In this document: in pieces, positions 51,590 to 58,596 of the stretch
How the letters are laid out: each line of letters starts with the position of its first letter
Numbering within the stretch: position 1 is the first letter of the stretch
Source of the DNA: a virus
Virus record (IMG/VR): IMGVR_UViG_3300017755_003154
Location: 20,064 to 84,063 of that record
Reading direction: 5' to 3' (one strand)
DNA length: 64,000 bases
Position numbers and translations under genes: made by a program
Notes under the pieces: generated by a model
What the model was told of the DNA's origin: nothing
The model's database searches: none
The model's input: the letters and a program-made list of their open reading frames with translations, nothing else

Positions 51590-53358
51590 TACGTATTAAG
51601 GACCTAACCGTAAAAAACTTTATGAGTGTGGGTAACCAGACTCAGGCTGTTGACTTTAACAAAGAACAATTAACCCTTGTGCTAGGTGAAAACTTAGATC
51701 AAGGCGGCGATGATAACGGATCGCGTAACGGAACAGGTAAGACCACCATCATCAACGCATTAAGTTATGCGTTGTATGGGGTGGCACTAACAAACATTAA
51801 ACGTAACAACCTTATTAATAAAACTAATAGCAAAGGAATGTTAGTTTCACTTGAATTTGAGAAAGATGGCATAGATTATAGGATTGAAAGAGGACGCTCT
51901 CCAAATATTCTTAAATTTTATATTAATAATCAAGAACAAGAAATGTTAGACGAGTCGCAAGGCGATAGTCGTAAAACACAAGCAGACATTAATGACTTGT
52001 TAGGTATGAGTCATGATATGTTCAAGCATGTTGTTGCACTAAACACATATACAGAACCGTTTTTAAGTATGCGACAAAACGATCAACGTGCTATTATTGA
52101 GCAGTTGTTAGGTATTACTATCCTAAGTGAAAAGGCAGACAAACTAAAAGAAGGTGTAAGACAAACTAAAGAAACTATTACACAAGAAACTTTAAAAATT
52201 GAAGCAATACAAACTTCAAATAGTAAAATAGAAGATACTATTACAAACCTGCAAGGTACGCAACGTGCTTGGCTTGCTAAAAAGCAACAAGACGTAGATA
52301 AGTTAACTAGTGCAATCGACGAATTAGAACACTTAGACGTTAATGCTGAACTAGATGCACATGAAAAATTACAAAACTGGAATGAACACAACAATGCTAT
52401 TTTGGCTCTTAAAAAAGAATTAAGCACACTAGAGCCTGCATTAGTACGTGCTGAGAGTTCTGTAGAAAAAGCAACTAAAGACATTTCAAATCTTGAAGAT
52501 GCAACATGTTATACTTGTGGACAAGAACTACATGCAGACAAAAAAGTAGAATTACAAGCACGTAAAGAAAAAGAATTAGACGAAGCAATTGACTATCGAT
52601 CAGAAATTTCTAAAAAAGTCGATGACGTTACAAAAGGTCTTCAAGAAATTGGTGATATAAATGGCAAGCCAACTACGTACTATGAAACAGCAAAAGAAGC
52701 ATATGAACATAGACAAAACGTTGATAGTTTAAAGACTGCCCTTGAAAATAAAAAGAACGAAGTTGATCCATATCAAACACAAATTGATGAATTGAATAGC
52801 ACAGCAATGCAAGAAGTTGATTGGACTGCAATTAATGAATTAACAAGTTTCAAAGACCATCAAGAGTTTTTATTAAAACTGTTAACAAATAAAGATTCAT
52901 TTATTCGTAAGAAGATTATTGATCAAAACTTAGCATACTTAAACAACAGACTTACATATTACTTGGATAAACTAGGATTGCCGCATCAAGTTGTGTTTAT
53001 GAATGACTTGAATGTAGAAATTACACAGTTAGGTCAAGACTTAGACTTTGATAACTTGTCAAGAGGTGAGCGTAATAGACTTATACTTGGTATGAGTTTT
53101 GCATTTAGAGATGTTTGGGAAAGTTTATATCAGAATATCAATCTATTGTTTATTGACGAGTTGATTGATAGTGGTATGGACACCGCAGGTGTTGAAGGTT
53201 CGCTGGCTGTACTTAAGAAGATGGGTAGAGAACGTCATAAAAATGTATTCCTTATTTCGCACAAAGATGAATTAATTGGAAGAGTTAATCATTTAATGAA
53301 AGTTGTTAAAGAAAATGGATTTACTTCTTATGAAAATGACATAGAGATAGTGGATTAA
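51586..53358 (+). CDS. gp46: Recombination ATPase subunit gp46 (Rad50/SbcC-like)
   Basis: KNFMSVGN; Walker A NGTGKT; CYTC zinc hook in a coiled coil; LSRGE signature; FIDELID; ISH. Confidence 0.92.
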   Translation: MIRIKDLTVKNFMSVGNQTQAVDFNKEQLTLVLGENLDQGGDDNGSRNGTGKTTIINALSYALYGVALTNIKRNNLINKTNSKGMLVSLEFEKDGIDYRIERGRSPNILKFYINNQEQEMLDESQGDSRKTQADINDLLGMSHDMFKHVVALNTYTEPFLSMRQNDQRAIIEQLLGITILSEKADKLKEGVRQTKETITQETLKIEAIQTSNSKIEDTITNLQGTQRAWLAKKQQDVDKLTSAIDELEHLDVNAELDAHEKLQNWNEHNNAILALKKELSTLEPALVRAESSVEKATKDISNLEDATCYTCGQELHADKKVELQARKEKELDEAIDYRSEISKKVDDVTKGLQEIGDINGKPTTYYETAKEAYEHRQNVDSLKTALENKKNEVDPYQTQIDELNSTAMQEVDWTAINELTSFKDHQEFLLKLLTNKDSFIRKKIIDQNLAYLNNRLTYYLDKLGLPHQVVFMNDLNVEITQLGQDLDFDNLSRGERNRLILGMSFAFRDVWESLYQNINLLFIDELIDSGMDTAGVEGSLAVLKKMGRERHKNVFLISHKDELIGRVNHLMKVVKENGFTSYENDIEIVD

Positions 53359-53555
53359 TGACTGACGACACACACGATCTATTAACAAAAGCATATATGG
53401 AGTATTTCAAAGCAAATGAAACATTTGAAGACCGTGTTTCTTACAGGACCCACAGAGCAAGTCGAAAATGGCTTAGAGAAATACGTAAATTAAGTAAAAT
53501 ACGTATGGATGAGATCAACGACAAGTTCAAAACCAAGATCGAGGCAGACAAATAG
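53358..53555 (+). CDS. Small basic helical hypothetical protein
   Basis: 65 aa, translationally coupled to gp46 (TAATG); RASRKWLREIRKLSKIR. Confidence 0.65.
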   Translation: MTDDTHDLLTKAYMEYFKANETFEDRVSYRTHRASRKWLREIRKLSKIRMDEINDKFKTKIEADK

Positions 53556-53576
53556 ACGGTATAGGTATATAAGTTC

Positions 53577-54026
53577 ATGCAGTGGACTTATGGCGGAAAA
53601 AAGATAGACGAAATACCAGACGAATACGAAGGATTTGTTTATCTTATTACTAATACCACTACAGGTCAAAAATACATAGGCAAAAAACTAGCAAAATTTA
53701 AAACTACTAAGCCACCATTAAAAGGCAAAAAAAATAAAAGGCGTGGAACTAAAGAAAGCGATTGGAAAGACTACTGGGGATCCAGTGATAGACTAAACGC
53801 AGATGTTGCACAACTAGGCGCAGACAAATTTACAAGAGAAATACTATACCTATGTAAAGGTAGGGGCGAAATGTCCTACATAGAGGCAAGAGAACAGTTT
53901 GATAGGCGTGTACTTGAAACTGATGAATACTATAATGGTATCATTAATGTTAGAGTAGGCGGATCAGACAAACTCAAAAAGGCATTGCTAGAACAAAATA
54001 TCCAGGCAAAACAATCTAACACCTAA
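53577..54026 (+). CDS. GIY-YIG family endonuclease (Seg/DenA-like, catalytic domain only)
   Basis: GFVYLITN..KYIGKK; Y.GSS; FTREIL..E..YYN. Confidence 0.8.
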   Translation: MQWTYGGKKIDEIPDEYEGFVYLITNTTTGQKYIGKKLAKFKTTKPPLKGKKNKRRGTKESDWKDYWGSSDRLNADVAQLGADKFTREILYLCKGRGEMSYIEAREQFDRRVLETDEYYNGIINVRVGGSDKLKKALLEQNIQAKQSNT

Positions 54027-54027
54027 G

Positions 54028-54490
54028 GTTAGCGGGCCAGTTTATAATACCGCTGAGTAAAAGGCATCCGTAAAGGAGCACTCGTACACGTTGAGCCGCG
54101 TCCGGTAGTAGGGCGGCAGGATTAGCGTAGATTGACTGTTAGCAATCGAAGAACACAACACAGTTCATAAAAACTCTTTAGCAATAGGAACGAAGCGAGA
54201 GGTAGCGTAAGCGATGTCGACGTAGGTTGGGAAAGGTCAGAGCCCATTGAACTAAGTGTATAAACAAATAACCTACTTCCAAGTCTCGGCTGTGGCGAAC
54301 TCACATGAAGTCAAGATTAGATGGAACCAGCGATTAGGTTCCGTCTGACTGAAACAATCTACATGAAGCAATTACAATATTACTTCGTAATATTGCTTTA
54401 ATTCATATTCATTTACTTCTATCATACAAAAAACGAAGTGTTTAGTTTGAGCGTTAAGCGAAAACTTATATCTACGGAGTAGATATACTA
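54028..54490 (+). ncRNA. Candidate large structured non-coding RNA (family not recognised; strand inferred)
   Basis: No credible ORF; about 47% GC over 54031-54350 by hand count; many nested helices, e.g. GTAGATTG/CAATCTAC, GTAGGTT/AACCTAC, AGATGGAACC/GGTTCCGTCT, CAATATTAC/GTAATATTG; GNRA-type loops on the plus strand. Confidence 0.6.
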
Positions 54491-54494
54491 AATA
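54488..54494 (+). promoter_or_regulatory. Late promoter-like CTAAATA
   Basis: Directly after the TATATCTAC-GGA-GTAGATATA hairpin and upstream of 54522. Confidence 0.55.
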
Positions 54495-54521
54495 CAAGTA
54501 ACTACTTTAAGGACAATTAAG

Positions 54522-55286
54522 ATGAATATTCACGAAATAATTTTAGAAGATAGTCGTATTGATGAGAAACCCACAAGTTCAATAGGCAATTTCGCTAAAA
54601 AAATGGCTAGTAAAGTTACAACTGGTGGTGTAAGTGCTAGATTAGGCGGAAGTGCTGAAATGGGTTCTAAAGCAAACGAAATTTATAAAGATCTTGCTAG
54701 ATGGCAAGGTATCAACGGTAAAAACGATAAAAACATGACTGCACAGGATTTAGCGGCATTCATGAAGCAACACAAGTTAAACGCAGGCGGAATAGATTTA
54801 CCTGATGGTGTATTAGGTAAAAAAACAATCGATGCAGTACTAAAGAAAGCAAGTGCAAATGCACTTACAGGCGGAAACGCGGCGGCTTCAACTAAAGCCC
54901 CAGCAGGAGCACCTGCTAGTGGCGGTGGTGTTGGAGGAGCGTTAGGTGCTATGGCTAAAGGTGCAGGCGTAAAAACTCCAAATGTTAAACCAAGCACTGG
55001 TAGCGGTGCAGGTGGTGCAGGCGGTAGTGGAGGCGGAGCAGGTGGCGCAGGTGGTGCAGGAGCACCAGGACCGGCAGGAGCCCCAGGTGCGGCAGGAGCA
55101 GACGGAAAAGATGGAAAAGATGGAGCAAGTGCAAGTCCTAGCACAAGCAAACCAGCAGGTACACCAACTGCAAAAGATCCTAAAGTAACACCGTTAAAAA
55201 ATAAAGGTGGTATTTCACCAGAAATACAAACAATGATTGACAAATTGACGCCAACTGAGAAAAAAGCATTGGCAGGAGCAATATAA
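54522..55286 (+). CDS. Gly/Ala-rich protein with a short collagen-like segment; putative internal head protein
   Basis: MNIHEIILE N-terminus; GAPGPAGAPGAAGADGKDGKDG. Confidence 0.65.
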   Translation: MNIHEIILEDSRIDEKPTSSIGNFAKKMASKVTTGGVSARLGGSAEMGSKANEIYKDLARWQGINGKNDKNMTAQDLAAFMKQHKLNAGGIDLPDGVLGKKTIDAVLKKASANALTGGNAAASTKAPAGAPASGGGVGGALGAMAKGAGVKTPNVKPSTGSGAGGAGGSGGGAGGAGGAGAPGPAGAPGAAGADGKDGKDGASASPSTSKPAGTPTAKDPKVTPLKNKGGISPEIQTMIDKLTPTEKKALAGAI

Positions 55287-57367
55287 TGAAACTGCAAGAA
55301 GTAACATCATACAATTTAAAATCTGCAACTATTCTTAATGAAGGTTGGCAAGACTTAACAGAATCACAAAGACTTTATATTGGTCGTTGGGAAAAAGAAT
55401 TATGGCCTTTGCTAGAACAATATACAAAACTTGCAGAAGCACAACTAACAGCAGATCAAATTGATGCAATTTTTAAAGGTGCAGAAGCACAAGCAAATGC
55501 AGACGGTGACAATAGAAACTTATTAGGTAAAGCGGGTGCTGGAGCGGCCGCTGTTGCAAAACTACCTGTTCAAATGGCAAAAGAAATTGATGCTAAAATC
55601 AACGAACTTGGTAGAATGGCAAAAAATGCAGGTCCAATTAAAAATGCAGATGCAAAGTTTGCACAACTTAAAAAGGATATTACTGCAAAAAACGGTGACA
55701 GTAAAATTGTTCAAGGCATACAAAAAGTAAGTGATTGGGCAAAAGAAAATCCTGGTAAAGCAAGTGTAGCAGTTGGTATTTTAACAGCAGTTGCGGCTTT
55801 TGCCGGTGGACCAGTAGGCGGTGCGGCCGCAGGTTTAATTTTCCGTTCAACAAAAGAATTATTACAAGGTGAAGATCTTTCAAGTGCAGTAGGCAAGTCA
55901 GTTAAGACAGCCGCTTATGGTGCTATTGCAGGTTGGGCATTAGAAGGCATTGGCGATTGGATGGAAGGCATTAGAGCAGAAGCAGTTCCATTTGATAAAG
56001 CAGAAGGATTGACTACAGTAAAAGTTGACTTTACTAAAACTCTGAGTGGTTGGGGATATGAACACGAACAAAATTTAGTTAGTATGGTTGTTCCTGACGG
56101 TCAAGCAGGAGAGTTTGTTGAAATGGTTGAGAAGATGCGTGGGTTAGTAAACGCAGGCAAAGATTCAGAAGGTATTAGAGTGTTTAACAAACTTTGGGCA
56201 TTTACAAAATCATTTGACAAAGCAGAATTCTTAGACAACATGAACGTAACAAATCAAATTGCTAAGTCTGTTGCACAAGCCAACGATACAGCATTACAAG
56301 CAATGACAGCAGTCAATGATGGAATTTCTGCTATTGCACAAGGTAGTATGCAAACAGTTGATGATCCAGCAAAAGCCAAAGGTAAAATGGAAGTCGGCGG
56401 TAAGCCAGTTGAACCAGTGCAAGGCGAATTAGATCTTAAAGGTGGCGGTGCTCCAGCAAAAGCAGAAGCACTTGACATGGAGGAACGTTTTGAACAATTT
56501 TTAGCAGAAGCAGAACCTGCACAAGGTGAACTTCCTTTAAACAATCCAAATACAATGGGTGCTAAAGCAAAGCGTGGCTTAGGAAACTTAGCAAAAGGTG
56601 CATTAGGTGCAGTTAAAGGAGCGGCAGGCAAAGTAAAAGCAGGCGCAAAAGAATTAGGCAGTGTAGTAACTGCAAAAAAACTTAATAAAGCATGGAAAGC
56701 GGCAGGCGAACCTATGGATTCAGCAAGCATTATGAATATACTTGGAGATGCAGGATTAAGTAACGATCAAATTGCAACTATCGGACAAACTGCAAAAGTA
56801 GACCTAAAGCCAGGAGCAAGCAAAGAAGAACCAAAAGCAGATGCTACAGCAGAGCCAAAAGCAGATGCAGGTGCTACAGATGCACCAGCACCAGCAGGCG
56901 GAGATGCACCAGCAGGCGGAGATGCACCAGCAGGCGGAGATGCACCAGCAGGCGATGATAAAGTAAGTTATCCTACAGGCACTCCAGATGATCCAGTAAA
57001 AGCAACCGGTGGAGACTATCCAGACGAACCAGATGCGGCTCCAGCAGGCACTGCATCAAAAGCAGTTGCTAAAGGTGATACTATGAAAGCCAAAGATGGC
57101 AAAGAGTATAAATGGATGGGTGCATTATGGGTAGATGTTGCTACTAATAAACCAATTGGTATTATTCCTTCAATGGCACAAGGCTTACCTAATCCTAAAT
57201 TAGATCCAATTATTGCCGCGGCTAAGAAAGATCCAGCAATGGCAAAACTTATTAAACAGCAGGTTGCATCTAAAGGTGTTGAGCCAGGAACAGCAGGTGC
57301 TCAAAAAGCGGCACAAGCCGGAGTTAAAGGCACAGAACCACTTGATGCAAAAGGTGTAACGGCTTAG
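55286..57367 (+). CDS. Ala-rich putative internal head / ejected protein
   Basis: MKLQEV..ILNE N-terminus; hydrophobic Gly/Ala segment; APAGGD repeats. Confidence 0.6.
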   Translation: MKLQEVTSYNLKSATILNEGWQDLTESQRLYIGRWEKELWPLLEQYTKLAEAQLTADQIDAIFKGAEAQANADGDNRNLLGKAGAGAAAVAKLPVQMAKEIDAKINELGRMAKNAGPIKNADAKFAQLKKDITAKNGDSKIVQGIQKVSDWAKENPGKASVAVGILTAVAAFAGGPVGGAAAGLIFRSTKELLQGEDLSSAVGKSVKTAAYGAIAGWALEGIGDWMEGIRAEAVPFDKAEGLTTVKVDFTKTLSGWGYEHEQNLVSMVVPDGQAGEFVEMVEKMRGLVNAGKDSEGIRVFNKLWAFTKSFDKAEFLDNMNVTNQIAKSVAQANDTALQAMTAVNDGISAIAQGSMQTVDDPAKAKGKMEVGGKPVEPVQGELDLKGGGAPAKAEALDMEERFEQFLAEAEPAQGELPLNNPNTMGAKAKRGLGNLAKGALGAVKGAAGKVKAGAKELGSVVTAKKLNKAWKAAGEPMDSASIMNILGDAGLSNDQIATIGQTAKVDLKPGASKEEPKADATAEPKADAGATDAPAPAGGDAPAGGDAPAGGDAPAGDDKVSYPTGTPDDPVKATGGDYPDEPDAAPAGTASKAVAKGDTMKAKDGKEYKWMGALWVDVATNKPIGIIPSMAQGLPNPKLDPIIAAAKKDPAMAKLIKQQVASKGVEPGTAGAQKAAQAGVKGTEPLDAKGVTA
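56888..56959 (+). repeat. 18-bp tandem repeat (GCACCAGCAGGCGGAGAT x3 plus one variant), encoding APAGGD
   Basis: Read directly from the sequence. Confidence 0.9.
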
Positions 57368-57594
57368 AAAAAAGGCTGTTGTGTTTTCTTTGTAGTTTCT
57401 AAATTTTCTTTGATAAGATCAGAAATTAAATTCCTATCTTCGTAACTAAGTTGGAATGCTTCGTCCATGGTCATGCTACCGCGCATGTACCACATCAGTT
57501 TAAAAATCTCAGACCTAAACTGTTTGCTTTGGCCTTCTAAGTTTTTAACTTCTTCTAGGATCTGTTCAGTCGGCCAACTGACGATCCTTAGGCG
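57364..57594 (-). CDS. gp51-like C-terminal extension in the -1 frame of the gp26-like gene (76 codons; not in the ORF track)
   Basis: Hand translation RLRIVSWPTEQILEEVKNLEGQSKQFRSEIFKLMWYMRGSMTMDEAFQLSYEDRNLISDLIKENLETTKKTQQPFF*; read from the slippery site, with no ATG in the first 33 codons. Confidence 0.7.
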   Translation of the reverse strand, partial: RLRIVSWPTEQILEEVKNLEGQSKQFRSEIFKLMWYMRGSMTMDEAFQLSYEDRNLISDLIKENLETTKKTQQPFF

Positions 57595-57600
57595 AAAAAA
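57558..57600 (-). other. Programmed -1 ribosomal frameshift signal (slippery heptamer plus hairpin)
   Basis: Minus strand T TTT TTC (57600-57594), 6-nt spacer, then hairpin GGATC-G-TCAGTT-GGCC-GACTGA-ACA-GATCC. Confidence 0.7.
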
Positions 57601-58523
57601 TGTGCTTGGTCAAAAACAATTGGCACTTCAAATTTTTCTGGAGCACCTTCTTTAATTTGTTCTTCACTTGAACGTACTTCCATAGGAGGTACTTCAAACT
57701 CTTTCTTTTGTTTTTCAATATGATCTTGTAAGGCTTTAAAGAAAGATTTGTCTGTGTTTTCTAAAAACTCTACAATATGATTTCTATCAGTTACAACAGT
57801 GTCATCGATTTGAATTGAAACAACACTACTAATAACCATTCCTAAAGTTATATCTCTAATTTTATTAAACGTTTCAGTGAATTGTTTTAATTTTGCATCT
57901 TCATCAATTTTATCATTATTAACAAGTGCAAAGATTCTTTGTTCTTCAAATGTTTGCATTGAAACTTGGCTAAATTCTTTGTAATTTAACGGACGGATCT
58001 TACAAACTAAACCATTAAATTCAAATGTATCATTAAACTTAGCATTTGTATACCTATCTAATATTTGTCTTAAGTCAACAGTATAATCTACTGGTTCTTT
58101 TGTATTTGGTGCTGTTGCTGTAATAGTCATATGTTCACCACTTGACGCAATTCTAATAGCAATTAAACATGCATCAATATCAAGACTTGGCATGCCCCAA
58201 ACGTTTTTAATATTAGGAATACAACTTTGAATTAAATCCACTGTTGCTTGACCGCTCAACAATGCATCCGGAGTTTTTAATGCAAGTTCGTCTTTTGCTG
58301 TCATAGCCATAACTGGCAATTCTCCTGACTCAGGCATATCGATACTATTCTCAGGATAGTACATTCCACCACTTGGTAATGATATGTAAATTTTTGGTTG
58401 TCTAAAATGTTTTTGAAGTGGATTAGATCCACCTTCTTTTAGTGTTTTCTTTTGTGCTTCTATCAAAGGATTGATATTATTTCCTTCTTCTTGTCTAAAT
58501 TGTTCTGGGTTGAACTCTGCCAT
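57588..58523 (-). CDS. Baseplate hub assembly protein / tail chaperone, gp26-like
   Basis: NPLQKHFRQPKIYISLPSGG.YYP..MTAKDEL.LKTPDALLSG..IQSCIP..DIDACLIAIRIAS; ends in ..FDQAHFFA. Confidence 0.7.
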   Translation of the reverse strand: MAEFNPEQFRQEEGNNINPLIEAQKKTLKEGGSNPLQKHFRQPKIYISLPSGGMYYPENSIDMPESGELPVMAMTAKDELALKTPDALLSGQATVDLIQSCIPNIKNVWGMPSLDIDACLIAIRIASSGEHMTITATAPNTKEPVDYTVDLRQILDRYTNAKFNDTFEFNGLVCKIRPLNYKEFSQVSMQTFEEQRIFALVNNDKIDEDAKLKQFTETFNKIRDITLGMVISSVVSIQIDDTVVTDRNHIVEFLENTDKSFFKALQDHIEKQKKEFEVPPMEVRSSEEQIKEGAPEKFEVPIVFDQAHFFA

Positions 58524-58534
58524 GTTTATCTCCG

Positions 58535-58575
58535 TATAAATACATTAGTAATTAGTGTATGTATTTATGTGCGTA
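58535..58575. promoter_or_regulatory. Divergent late promoters between the gp26-like and tape measure genes
   Basis: Plus strand TATAAATA at 58535-58542; minus strand CATAAATA (58569-58562) and TACGCAC-N14-TAATTA. Confidence 0.65.
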
Positions 58576-58596
58576 CTTTATAGGATTTAAGGTAAT

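Noticed and set aside
54122-54304. 60-aa minus-strand ORF in the non-coding gap
   Set aside because: Short, no clear RBS, atypical composition; it overlaps the predicted helices.
54028-54490. Group I/II intron, RNase P, tmRNA, hammerhead or HDV-like ribozyme identity for the structured region
   Set aside because: There is no interrupted host gene and no convincing group I P7 or group II domain V. GGGAAAGGTCAGAG only loosely echoes RNase P CR-I, with no clear CR-V. No CTGANGA hammerhead core is present, and GGCGAA sits in a local hairpin without HDV P1/P2 partners. Left unassigned.
54683-56730. Antisense Pro/Ala-rich ORFs (54683..55297, 56254..56730) and similar opposite-strand ORFs elsewhere (e.g. 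10583..11119, 18756..19259, 20789..21262)
   Set aside because: Shadow frames of real genes with biased codon usage; no motifs.
57467-57655. 62-aa plus-strand ORF
   Set aside because: Antisense to the gp26-like end and its -1 extension, which explain the region better.
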